Of a stretch of DNA of 64,000 nt, positions 25,701-40,000 are shown piece by piece. The position numbers and the translations under genes are program-made. The notes under the pieces are model-generated. The model worked only from the letters and a program-made list of their open reading frames with translations. It made no database searches and was not told the origin of the DNA. The stretch comes from Diadema antillarum (taxonomy: Eukaryota), in contig NW_027271157.1 in NCBI RefSeq assembly GCF_040938485.1, positions 372,001 through 436,000 on the forward strand, given 5' to 3'. The stretch's first letter is position 1. The number at the start of each line of letters is the position of its first letter.

Positions 25701-28700
25701 CCGATCTTAGGATCCCTACATGTTTAAAATACATTATGTTGCTAGACATAGACAATATTTCCGATATAAGATTATATTACAAGGTGTGCATTCCTCAAGA
25801 AAGACAATAATGAATACTTAAAGTCTTCACAATATCACTGAAACAACAGCGCATCTATAAAACTGAACAGAGTTTCGAAACACCACAAAACTATAATGCA
25901 ACCAATAACCATAACGTTTCATCTCCTCGTAAGTCACTTCATTGACAGTCATGTTGCAAAATTTGGTTAACACTGATATGTAAAGCACCTAAAGTGATAA
26001 CAACGTGGATACTTGTCTTAACGTATTTTAAACAGACTGATTTTCATCCCAGAAATCAATTCACGCCAAAATGTTTGGACACAAGCCCTATTCTAAGTCA
26101 TCTTATAATCATTGTAATTCATAGGGACGCACCTTGCCCAACAACCGACATCCTGATAATATTCCGCGGTATTGATGGCTTTGGAAGGACGTGGAGTAAT
26201 TGATTTAAATATAAAAAAGTTTGTTGTCCGATTCTTTGTTACTCTACTCACCAAATCCACAGGTTTTGCTGCAGTCAGATTTCTCCACAGCCCACTCGTA
26301 TGTCTGTCGCGGCTCTTGATTCGGTTTGTAGAGCGACCACTGAATAGCGCACTCTACGGCCGAGGCTGACGACGTATTTGTTTTATAAATCTGCAATGAA
26401 TGATAATAGTAATTAAAAAAGAAGGTTTTATCGGAATTTGTCTCACAAGATTTAACACCAGTAGTGTCATGGCAACAACAGCAGTAGAGTAAGACTAGTG
26501 TTAAGAGCACAGTGGATTTATTTTGAAAACTGCCTGTACAATTTCTGCACATTAGAATAATCTATCTCTGCGACGAAGAAAACAAGAAACAGACAAGAAT
26601 ATCATTTGTCTGTGGCTTTTTACGATGGATTACCTGGTTTTCAATAAACTTCTATATCATATGATTATGATATACTTGGTAAATTTCCTACGACACTGAA
26701 AATTCATGGAAACTGCGATACTAATCATTTTGGATATACAAAAGTATCATTTTCTTATTAAAGAGAAAATTTCCACAGGAATACATTTCAATTGACAGCG
26801 GGTAAAATTCGCTTTTCACAAATTCCTTCAATAATTTTGAGACTCGGTGGCTGAGGTCACCTGTACTGTCAAGTTGGTTGATGTAGGCCCTCTAATATGT
26901 ATGTTCTCATGGTCACCGGTGATATACGAGATCACGTCAGTACCCGTCGTGTAAGCCTTGGATCGGACTTCTTGGCCGCTGTCGCCGAAGACGAGTTGTT
27001 CGCCAGCGATCACCGCTAGGGGCGCAACGATAAAATCTCAACCGTCAGGATGAACGTGAAGCTAGCTGGGTTACACATACTATATAATTATAGTACACAC
27101 TTCACTGAATCCATCGTAATTTAAGAAATACCTAAGAACGAGCAACAGCTTTTGTTATCACACGCGTCTCTCTCGAGGAAGTTGTCAAGATATGTGAGGT
27201 CGAAATCAGGTCACCTTGCACATTGTACCGCTTATAGGCCTGAGGGGTTTGTCCATCACAGATATAAAATATACTATAGAACGTTGGTGAATTAACTCAT
27301 CTGGTCGTGGCATCTCAAAGTCAATGGTGCATCAATGAAGTTCGTTACCTACATACGCTCGCCATGGTAGTGTATACGATTTTGTTGAAATAATCAGTTT
27401 CGTGAGAAGATACGTTCAGGTCTACAATCGACGCTTAAAATGCCTAGGTATATGGCCAAAATAACTGACATGTGTTAATTTCTCTCATACTTTTCAATGC
27501 CAGGATGCATAGTAGGCCTACCAAAATGAACTTGATCACTGAATGGCCTTAACATACAAGCTCAAGAACTGCGATTAAGACATATTGCTGACTGTCGAAT
27601 GAGGTGACAGTGTGGTTAAAAATGATAAGCAAAACTACACAATAAATACTTGTTTTAAAAGACGCAAAAATGTATTAAAATTACGACAACATATGACACT
27701 GTGTATAGATTTTTGAAAATCTCTCCATCCCCCTCTCCTTTCTTCGTCTTCTTCGTCGTCGTCTTCTTCTTCTTCTTCTACTTCCTCTTCTTCCGGGTTT
27801 GGGTAATAGGCTCTAGGTTCGGATTGGGAATTGATAGGAAAGGGTTGAATGGGACGTGCAGGGGTCTCCGAAAAAAGAAAAAGAAAAAAAAAAATGTAAC
27901 ACTGCTTACCGAGGTGGCAGTCATTGTTGAAGTTGGTTACATTTACAAACGTTGATCCGTTAGGAATTTCTAAAACGGGCTCGAACCCTGCAGTCAGAGA
28001 AGAAAACAATGTAGACGATGGTAAATTTAAAAATAAGAATAAAACTAAAAGGAATACTGTACATGTTCTTTTTCAAGTATCGTGCGCGTAAACGCTCCTA
28101 TCGCAAGAAAGCACGCCTTGATTTCAGCAATTATACAAACCTATCTTTGCACAGATATATCAGATTTTGAATGCTGACATTGTGTGATGTTATAGATATG
28201 GCTACTGGAGAATTTACAATTCCAAGAAGAGAAAGAACAAAAAACAGAAGGGAGGAGAACTAGAATTACAAATTAAGCGTTGAACGAGAGCAGACCGTTA
28301 GCAACGTTTTGTATGTTTGTCTTTCATTAAACAGGATTTTAACATCTGTCTTCCAGAAGATTAACAATCGCATTGATTAATGTGATGAAGAAATATATTG
28401 TGCGTAGGCCTTTTCAACAAGAGAAAATCAAAACATCCACTTGCAAACTTTTCATGTTCATCAAGTCTGTTATTTTGCTTTCTACTCTGTCATGTGTATG
28501 TGTCTTGATCAAAAAGATTGGTCTGGATATACATCTGTAATATTTTTACTTGAACGTTTTCAGATCCATTTCAAGAACTTAAAACACTGAATATCCTGAT
28601 ATTATTCTGTCAACAAATACTCGCCTCAAACTTTTGAGCAACCAACGTGACCAAGTCATAATTCGAGCTGACAATCAATGAAAGATATTACATTGAATTG

Positions 28701-31700
28701 ATGAATCATATCAAAACTACAACACCGGTGTTGCTCACAAAAGGCGCAACGTGACGATGTGATTGTTTATATCAGACTTATTGTCAAAACTATCAGAATG
28801 TGTAAAACTGTATCAAAGTGTATATGCAAAGTATTAACCCTCTGTGCATGACACAAATTTGACCGTTCACAGCGGTTACCGCAGTGAAACACTTTTAAGG
28901 ACAAACAATTTTCCCTACTCGAAATGACAGCAGGTGGATTCTCACCGTTCTCGATGTTAATTCTGTTCAAGTCACTATCAAGGTCGCAAGTTGTCTGGTT
29001 ACCACCGCACACGCCACAGGCATCGTAGACACGGCTAGAATTCGAGTCGAAATCGCACGCGAAGTTCTACTGAAGTAAAACAATGACAAGGATACCAGAG
29101 GCAGAGAGAGAGAGAGAGAGAGAGTTACATGTACAATAATGAACAGCGAATAAGGATTAATAAAACTACCAGCGACATCGAGTGCCAGCTTATAGGGACA
29201 GGACGAATATAAGATTCAAGAGAGCGCTTGCGCATTTAAGCAGTTGGCATGTTCCGAACGTCCGAGTGGTTTGCCAAGTGAAATCGATTCCTAATGTCAG
29301 TATGTCGAAAATGGCCGAAATAATGTCAATCTCAGTTCGTCCATAGCTAACCATAGTCACAGCATCAAATAACGCCCTCTTAAATTCCGGGTCTGTGCTC
29401 CTTTAACCCACTCTGGCCAAATCCAAAGACACTGGCAGTGTATATCGACACGTTGCCATGGCAAAAACAGAGTAAGATACAATATGAAATCAGACATTTT
29501 GAAGTCCACTGAAAATGATATTGATAACATATTGATCGGATAATATAAAGACACTGGCAGTGTCATGATATCAACACGTTGCCATGGTAATAACAGTGTA
29601 AGATACATATGAAATCAGACATTTTGACTAAACTAGTCCACTGAAAATCATATCACAAGTTGGAGAAACATGAATTATTCGTACCGTGTTTTTTTTTTCT
29701 ATCTGCTCAACAAAGCTACTACTTTGGAGCCACCACGTGGAAATGCAATTAAGACATCATAATGTTGAGGACTTGAGGTCATGTATTCAGAGGTTTCCAT
29801 CGTTATCAGTAAATTTTCATTGTTATCGTATATTTTTAATTGTTAGTTATCTTATTCAGCATGTGTCAAGAAATCGCTACTGTCATAACTGTCGACTGCA
29901 ATCATGGACACCGACGTCATAATATAATCTAACGTCAATTTCATCATTTCTATTGACATCGTTATCATTATCTATCGTTTGTGTTTGTCGTTTGTTTCTT
30001 TGACAATAGTTGTATCAAGGAGCTTTGAAGCTCCATGGTTGTAGCAAGAAACCGAGCAAAATGCGGATCGAGCAAAAAAAAACGAAAATAAATCAATTAA
30101 TAAAAAAATATATAGCAGATTCTCCTGTTATCACTGACCCGGCATTCTCCGCCTACACACATGGCGACTTCTCGATTGAACACGTCCACCACATCGCATC
30201 TCGTACCATCGACGAAAGCCCCAAACTTGACGACGATTTCCCGCGAATACGACACGCAGCTCTGCTGACAGAATTCGTCATCAGAAATGCCTGAACCATT
30301 AATACATGAGAACGTGAAAAAAGAGACGGAGAGAGAGAGACGAGGGAGATTGGCAGATGTTCATAATAACCTTTTCAAAATACATGTATACACACTTCCC
30401 AGAGTTTTGAAAATAAATACAAAGACTAACAGCGCATGCATGCACATTAGCGACAAATCAAAGTCAGATTGTTTAACGATATCCCGCAACCAGTCAAATA
30501 ATCATTCCGATGGCATTAACATCACGAACCCCCTGCTACAGCGGTGGTTGGATACGATGTGCTCACGTTTCCTATCGGTGTACGGTTCCCATAGCAACAG
30601 CTCTCCCTTGTAAGGCAGGGCATCCCTCGTCGCGCATTGCTCCTGGGCGTACCTGAGTTGGTTTCGGTCGACGCAGTCCTGATGAGGAAATCAGGCAAGT
30701 GATCAATTCATTTCTTCGATTTTTTTTTTTTTGTATTTCCCCCCTTCTCTCTTCTTTTTTTTTTTTTTTAACGCGAGACTAAAAAAAAAAAAAAAAAAGA
30801 ATATGCACAAGACAAGGAGGAACAATAGCAAACACTGTAACGATTATGTAGGTACCTATAGTTTACAAGTTGTGGGGAAAAAAATCGTTCATTAGCCAGC
30901 AATCTGTTTTTGAATTTCTATCTCTAAAGCAACGTTTACACTTTGGCGAGTTGGAGTCGCGAGTCGTGTGCGAGCTGTGCGAGCTCCAACTCGCGTTAAC
31001 TCGCACAAACTCGCGCGAAATGTATTTTTTTTTCTGGAATTTGCATGAGTGATATAAGACTCAACGCCGAGTTCACTACGCTCGCTGTACGAGTGAACCG
31101 AGCTCGAAACGAGACATACCGAGCTTAGTATGAGTTGCAGTGACCTTTATACGACTTAAAGCGAGCTTTAAACGAGTTGTCAAGATTTTATTACGAGTAA
31201 TAAGAGTTTTATACGATCGACGGGCGGGAAATGCACATTTTTGGCGCTCAAAGATGGATGCCAGAAGCATTTTCGCTCTGCTTGAAGAAGAAGAGACCCT
31301 GATCTTCTGCACGATTGGTGCGACCCTGTTGTCAAGGAGGCGCCGCAGAAAAAAAGAAGATGCTCAAGAGAGGACCAAAATGCTTCAAAGGAGGTTTTGG
31401 ACAAGACCCTGGTTGTTGAGGAGGCCAAAGTACGGACACTATGAGACGCTGATGGCGGAGTTAGCTGGTGAAGACCTGGACGGTCTTGCGGGCGGTGATG
31501 ACAAGGCGAAAGAAGACCTTCGTAGATCTCTGACCTCATCTGCTCGCTGGAGGAGCTACAACATAATAAAAGGATACCAGTCACTTCAATACTCATAAGG
31601 GTACATCGTTTATATTTCACCATGTTACACAAAACTAGTAAGTTATTGAGCAGTTAACCAGGAATGATATACGGTATCACGAAATTATCTCGAGAGTACT

Positions 31701-34700
31701 GAAACAAAAAAAAAAAAAAAATCACAGTTAACCAAAATGTTTTGCACACGTAATAAAACATATTTTGAGATCTTGAGATTAATGACAGTAATGTAACACT
31801 TTACTGTTCCTTTTTTTTAATACAGAACAATGTTCATTATCATAATGTTTAATCACCTATTAATGTATCCCTGAAAAACCCCAAGAACTGAATAATTTTA
31901 GTAATAATTTTGTGCGTTATTTTAATTCATGTTAGTGTATGGGACAATGCCTGATTAAAATTTTTGTTCACTGCAACACTTAGTGTTCAAAGCTTGTTTT
32001 AATATCGAGTGTTAAAATGTACTTGCGAACCTTTATTCCTTAACATCTGCCATATTAATTCAAATATAATTATGTAGGTGAATATATACAAAGCTACAAT
32101 ATCAGCGAAATTGAGAACAGTTTGAAATTTACATGTTAAAAGTAAGTAACTCCTTTATAACATTGAGATTAAATATTTTCAATTACTCGGATACAACTGG
32201 TTGACGAAAATGTAAATTTAAAGAAATGCCTATCGTGAAAGCATGCATATGATTTTACTTTGACGGAGTTAACTCAAACAAATAAGATTTCTGTATGGTC
32301 GAGATGAAATGTCCAAATCGCAATTTACGTGTTTAATCTCTTGTTCTGATGTTAGAGGTAATACATGTATTTAACATTATGTTCAGTTAAAAAAAAATGA
32401 GTTGCATGTCAAAGTGCTTTCAGAATATATGTTTGGATGTAAAAGTCAACATTAAACATAATTATGCTTCACAGTAAGCATTCTGTCCTTCCAGAGTGAA
32501 AACCTAAATCCTCATGGACAACTGTACTGGAATTATCATTCTAGCAGATGATAATTACAATTTTCATTAAAAAAATCTGGGCTGCATGTCCTTCCATGTT
32601 TTCAGAATATATGTTGGGATGTAAAAGTTAACCTTTCAAAAAATTATGCTTCACAGGAATCATTTAGTGCTTCAAAAGGTGAAAACCTAAAACTTCACCC
32701 CACTGTTCTGGAATTATTATTGTAGCACATAATGATAATAAAAAATTATAAACATCTTGGTAGTGAATGTGTGTCGTTAGTTATTTTCATATTCTTGGTT
32801 GTTCTAATCAATCTGAACATAATTAGACAGGCCATGCAGCTCATTTTAAGAATAATTTATTTTTAAAAATCGATCAACCACAATGTTGCAGTGGCCTTAA
32901 TGTACGTGTTGAGTATCCTTTTCACCGGTTTTATATCATGGCGTTATCATGATAAACACACGAACGGAGTTTTACCCTCTAACAATATGGTGGATTAGTC
33001 ATTCTTGTTATTCGTGCATGTACTTGTATTAAAAAATAAATGTTCATAAAATACATGTATTACTCGATCCGTACTGTCTTTTCTTTACAACAATTCACAT
33101 TCACCATTTCCAGCAGTTCTCTGTCCTTGGCTTCTTCAGAGGCCACCTTGGGGGTTGTACACCTCCCTTTCATTTTGCCCTTGCCCTTGCCAACAATTGA
33201 TAAGTTGGTGTAAGAGGAACCAGCTTCACGCTCTGCTGGGGGTCATCAGCTTCTTGGGTGGTCTGGGCCCCGTTGCTAGAAACTTTGCGTTTAAACGCAA
33301 CTTGCAACTGATTGTCACTGGCCAATCAAAATCAATGTTGCATGCATGTCTTCTTCATAGGGCAGACCCTGAGCCAATCAGAATGGTTGTTTCAAAATTA
33401 GCAATTATTTGCAATTGATTGCAACTTTCTTGCAACGGGGCCCTGGTCATTCTTACTGCTGTCATCATGCCCATCAGTCTCAGCATCCTGGTTGGGGGAA
33501 GAGTATTTAATTCGTCTTCTCTTGGTTGGGATGCTACTTGTCCTTTAGAGGTCTGCAAAAAATAGATAAATCACTCGATCAACATCTTTTACAAGAAAGA
33601 CACACGATGGCGATTTCTATATTTTGTTTAAATGTAGCTTATTACAGATTTTAATAAAATCAAATGCATATTTACCCTTCCCAATGTTCTTCCTTTCATC
33701 CTCACAATATGTCCCTCCAGGACGCGGAATGTATTGAGAATCCACTAATCTCTCTCACTGTAAGGTGTGTTTCTGGTCCCCTTTCCAGACTTTGGGTTCG
33801 TCAGACGGCTGTACTGTGTCTTCATAGACTTGAGGAAATTGTTTAGCTGTTCAAATGAAAAAAAAAATCGAACACTGGGAATTTAGATCACATAAATTAA
33901 TGGAAAGAAACAAACAACTATATTAAATTCTTGTTTCTCATACAGTGAAGTATATAGCTAGCTAACGGAATAAACGAAATGTGGGGGTCAAAATTTTCAG
34001 GACTAAATATTATGCATGTCATGTTGTCAGTTGTTACAGGATTTTCGATAATTATGACAATCATAATCATAGTAGTAATCATGGTAATGAATTCAACAAA
34101 ATATATTTAGCGAAACTCCGTTTTGCCGCCAGAGCCCTCCCCCCTAAATAATAGATATTAATATTCATCTTCACTTACCGGAGCACACCGGATCGTACTC
34201 CTTGGCCTTCTCTTCGATTAGCCGTCTTCTTTGCAGTATCCTTGTATGACTTTAGTCGCCTGTTATACAGACAATCGTGATCTCTGTACCACTCTGCTAA
34301 TTCTACTTTTTGCTCTTCAGTGAATGTGTATGCAGTGAGATGTTTTTCGTCTCTTCGGGGTGGACTTCTTAGGGATGGACTTCTTGTTTGGGGTGGACTT
34401 CTTTGTTCTTTTATTTCCGTCTTCCCTGGGGTGCCAGACGGAGAACCTTGTGAGTGGAGAAAAATGGGTTCATTTTTCTCCCCAACCAGTTCGACAGGAG
34501 AGGCCTGATGCTCAGTAGTTTGAGCTTGGACCTGGTCTAGTTTGGTGTCTTGTTCTTTTACCTGTCTCTGCTCGTCATTGATCTCCTCTTCCGTCTCCAT
34601 TCTCTCTTCCTGCACTTCTTCTACCTCTACCCTTGTTTGAATGACATTATTCTTTCGGTGTTTAACTACCTGAATGGCCACAACTCTTGGATCTCTTGAG

Positions 34701-36949
34701 TCGGGGCATATTCCTCTCCTATTTTTGCTAGTTGTAATAATACAGTGACAATAGCCGTTTTAAAAGTACGTGTACATGCGTGGGTCGATCAAAATGTGCT
34801 CTCATTGTAAAATATATATGGAAAAATATAGAACACTGGATATTTATTATTCAGCTGGCATGTCAATGTGCACTTGCAACGCAATCTGACTAAACTCATA
34901 CGAAACTCGCTGTAACTCGGGGTGCTCGATCTGAACTCACGCTAATCTCGCGGGCACCTCTCCTTCACTCGTAGTACGATCGCAGTGCTCGTATCTCGCT
35001 CTAGTAAACTCGGAATGCACTCGCGTATACTCAAATATGGCGAGTTATTACGAGTTATTACGAGTTTATCTCGAGCTTCTTTCGAGTTATTGCGAGTACC
35101 GCGAGTATATAACGAGTCTAGCTGAGTTCAGCATGAGTTAAGCAACGTTTACACTTTGGCGAGTTTGAGTCGCGAGTCGTGCGCGAGCTGTGCGAGCTCC
35201 AACTCGCGTTAACTCGCACAAACTCGCGCGAAATGTAATTTTTTTTCTGGAATTTGCATGAGTGATATAAGACTCAACGCCGAGTTCACTACGCTCGCTG
35301 TACGAGTGAACCGAGCTCGAAACGAGACATACCGAGCTTAGTATGAGTTGCAGTGACCTTTATACGACTTAAAGCGAGCTTTAAACGAGTTGTCAAGACT
35401 TTATTACGAGTAATAAGAGTTTTATACGATCGAGGGACGGGAAATGCACATTTTTGGCGCTCAAAGATGGATGCCAGAAGCATTTTCGCTCTGCTTGAAG
35501 AAGAAGAGACCCTGATCTTCTGCACGATTGGTGCGACCCTGTTGTCAAGGAGGCGCCGCAGAAAAAGAGATGCTCAAGAGAGGACCAAAATGCTTCAAAG
35601 GAGGTTTTGGACAAGTCCCTGGTTGTTGAGGAGGCCAAAGTACGGACACTATGAGACGCTGATGGCGGAGTTAGCTGGTGAAGACCTGGACGGTCTTGCG
35701 GGGGGAGATGACAAGGCGAAAGAAGACCTTCGTAGATCTCTGACCTCATCTGCTCGCTGGAGAAGCTACAACATAATAAAATGATACCAGTCACTTCAAT
35801 ACTCATAAGGGTACATCGTTTATATTTCATCATGTTGCACAAAAGTAGTATAAGTTATTGAGCAGTTAACCAGGAATTATACGGTATCACGAAATTATCT
35901 CGAGAGTGCTGAAACAAAAACAAAAAATCACAGTTAACCAAAATGTTCTGCACACGTAATAAAATATATTTTGAGATCTTGAGATTAATGACAGTAATGT
36001 AACACTTTACTGTTCCTTTTCTTTAATACAGAACAATGTTCATTATCATAATGTTTAATCACCTATTAATGTATCCCAGAAAAACCTCAAGAACTGAATA
36101 AATTTAGTAATAACTTTGTGCGTTATTTTAATTCATGTTAGTGTATGGGACAATGCCGGATCAAAATTTTTGTTTACTGCAACACTTAGTGTTCAAAGCT
36201 TGTTTTAATATCGAGTGTTAAAATGTACTTGCGAATCTTTATTCCTTAACATCTTCCATATTAATTCAAACATAATTATGCAGGTGAATATATACAAAAC
36301 TACAATATCAGCGAAATTGAGAACAGTTTGAAATTCACATGTTAAAAGTAAGAAACTCCTTTATAACACTGAGAATAAATATTTTCAATTACTCGGATAC
36401 AACTGGTTGACGAAAATGTAAATTTAAAGAAATGCCTATCGTGAAAGCATGCATATGATTTTACCTTGACGGAGTTAACTCAAACAAATAAGGTTTGTGT
36501 ATGGTCGAGATGAAATGTCCAAATCGCAATTTACGTGTTTAATCTCTTGTTTTGATGTTAGAGGTAATACATGTATTCAACATTATGTTCAGTTAAAAAA
36601 AAAAGAGCTGCATGTAAAAGTGCTTTCAGAATATATGTTTGGATGTAAAAGTTAACATTAAACATAATTATGCTTTACAGTAAGCATTCTGTCCTTCCAG
36701 AGTGAAAACCTAAAACTTCACCTCATGGACAACTGTACAGGAATTATTATTCTAGCAGATGATAATTACAATTTTTATTTAAAAAATCTGGGCTGCACGT
36801 CTTTAAATGTTTTCAGAATATATGTTGGGATGTAAAAGTTAACCTTCGAAAAAATTATGCTTCACAGGAATCATTTAGTGCTTCAAAAGGTGAAAACCTA
36901 AAACTTCACCCCACTGTGCTGGAATTATTATTGTAGCAGATAATAATAA

Positions 36950-37001
<52 letters not shown>

Positions 37002-40000
37002 ATAAGTAACAAAGCTGCAACAAAGTTCATGCTGTATTCACCAACGGTTTATTTCTTCACACAAATTTTCGGGCGTCTCGCCGCCCTTTCTCAAGTGTTG
37101 ATACTGAGAGAACAATAACAAAATTAAGCCATAACAATATATTGCAACCGTGTTACTAAGGATGCGCGCTTTAACGCATCCATGCTAGGCATCCTAACAC
37201 CCAGCGCGCATCCTGGCAACAGTACAATGTTACGTCATAATGAAATTACAATGAGTATAAAGCATACATGAAAAAACTTGGCACGACTGATACAGAAGTA
37301 ATTCCTCTGAATACGCAGCTGCGGTGGTAATGTAAAAGCAGTGCATTATTTCTTTCAAAATTCAACATACACATAAATTAACTTTAATTCTAGTGTATAG
37401 ATAATCTTTACATAATCTGAAATTATCATGATCAATATAAACATTCGATTTTTTTAAATCAAACTGAATCGTCACACTGATGGTTATGCAAAATATGTGC
37501 AAGCAGTTTACCATCCCTTTCAAACTTCAGCATACACATACATTAACTTCCAAATTCTGGTGAGTAGATAGTCTTTAAATAATCTGAGACTATAGCATGA
37601 ATATGAAATACGTGAAAAATCATATTTTTCTTCTTTTGATTAAATAGATACGTCACAATACGTCTCGGAGTGGAAAAAAGACTGGTTCCAAGAAATGGTT
37701 AAAAGGAGCGTCAGCATTATATCACTCAAGCAATATAATGATAAGATCTATTGCAGCGGGGTAAACGGGAGAACATACAACAATAAGCGGCGCACCTACT
37801 TGTAAAAAGTGTAGTTCGTGAGCCATGATAGATCTATGTTCATGCCCTGTCCCTGGAAGCTTCGTGTGCGGATGATTGTTTTTAGTTCTTTCACGTGTCT
37901 TTCTTCAAATGCTTCCATGTCCTTGTATAAAATGCAACATTGCAGATCTGTTAGTGTGTGATTTGGTTTGTTGAAGTGTTGTGCGACTGGATGTTGTGTT
38001 TGACTTCTAATGATTGTGCTTTTGTGATTGTTGAAACGTTGTCTAAAATTTGTTGTTTCTCCGATGTAGACAGCCAGGGGACATTGCTTGCATGTAAGGC
38101 TGTATACTACATTCTTGCTGTTGCAGTCCCCTGACGTCGGATGGAGGGTGTGGCCGGAGCCAAGTGTGATATCTGTATCTGTGATTAGGTGAGCGCATAT
38201 TTGACATCGTTTGTTTCCACATTTATGATTTCCAGTAGGATTGATTGTTCTGTTGACTCGAGATCGTGTAAGCAAACTCTTCAGGTTGCGTGGCTGTCGT
38301 TGTGCATGTAAGGGACGTGCTGTTAACTCGGGAGCTACCGATTGGACTTGTTTGAGAGTAGGCCATTCTTTCCTCACTTCCTTCATGAACTGTTGTGATG
38401 TGGGATGATATGTTGTTACAAAGACTTTGCGTGTGTGTGAGTCTTTGGGTTTCAGATTATCATGATGTAGTAAGGATGAGCGTCTTTTTGCTATCGCGCG
38501 GTCCCTACCTGCTTGCACAATGTCTAACGGGTACCCCGCTGCAACGAATTTTTGCCCCAGCTTCAAAGACGCATCCAGAAATTCCTTGTGATCAGAAATG
38601 ATTCGTCTGTAGCGGAGCATTTGACTGTACACAATTGACCTCTTAATATGATTAGGATGGAAGCTGTTGTACTTAAGATACGTCTGTCTGTCTGTAGGTT
38701 TGTGGTAAACAGACGTGTTCAGCTTCCCTCCTTCTTTGCGGATAGTCACATCAAGAAAGTGTACTTCTGACCTAGAGCTGTCCATAGTAAATTTGATGTC
38801 GGGATGAACCATGTTGAGCTTGGAGTGGAACTCCGACAGCTGTTCGTCAGAATGGGGCCAAATGAGAAAAATGTCGTCAATGTAGCGGACGAACATGCTA
38901 GGTTTTAGAGTTTCTTTCGAGAGGAATTCTTCCTCGAGTACGGCCATAAAAATACTGGCATACGCTGGCGCAAATTTAGTACCCATGGCAGTACCCTGAG
39001 TTTGTAGAAAGCATTCATCATCAAATGTGAAGTAATTATGTTTCAAGATGAACTGGGCAAGACGACAAATGTCTTCTATGGGCATGTCAGAAGAAGGGTC
39101 GTGTTTGGTCAAAAATCTACGCAATGCATTAACCCCATCGGAGTGAGGAATGTTCGTGTACAGACTGACGACATCCAAAGTGACTAGAGTGCAATTTGGA
39201 GGAAGCTGAATGTTGTCGAGTCTATTAAGAAAATCATTGGTATCTTTTACATAGCTCTCGACGTTATGTAAGACCCCTTGTAGATACTTGTCAATGAAAG
39301 CTGACATCGGTTCAGTAAGTGAACCTACACTGGAAACAATTGGCCGTCCAGGCGGAATGATCTTATGTTCTCTCGATAACTCAGTAATTTCGGAAGTTTC
39401 CAAATCTTCAGCATTTTTGTCAGTGGCATTTGCTACCATCGTCGGAAGTTTATGGATCTTAGGTAATGTGTAAAATCTACTAGTTACCGGCTTACTTGGT
39501 ACAAGTTGTTTCGCTTCTCTCTTATCGATGTGTTTCAGGTTATTACAAAGAGTCTCAGCTTCCTTCGTGAACAAGCTCGTAGGGTCACTGTCAAGCTTCT
39601 TGTAGAATCTCGTGTCGGACAGTTGTCTTTCCGCCTCGTTGATGTAGTCCGCTGTATCCTGGATGGTGACGGCTCCCCCTTTGTCAGCAGGCTTAATCGT
39701 GATGTCAGCGTTGTCACGCAGGGATCGGATGGCGTCTTGCTGCTTCCGTGATATGTTCGATGAGGGTTCCCGTTCAGTCTCCTTCAGCAGCTTGTCGAGG
39801 TGTCTCTCCACATTGCTCACAAACGAGTCGATGAAGGGGTTTCTTCCGCTGGGGACAGCAGGGCGTCGCTTTGCTACCATCGTGCGACGATGGTAGCAAA
39901 TGCCACTGACAAAAATGCTGAAGATTTGGAAACTTCCGAAATTACTGAGTTATCGAGAGAACATAAGATCATTCCGCCTGGACGGCCAATTGTTTCCAGT

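Noticed and set aside
29426-29650. ~120-bp two-unit tandem duplication containing ACACTGGCAGTGT palindromes
   Set aside because: Diverged intronic duplication with no evidence of function.
30600-30630. Apparent frameshift in ADAMTS exon 15
   Set aside because: Re-reading shows three Gs (cagggcat); the frame is open and the gene is intact.
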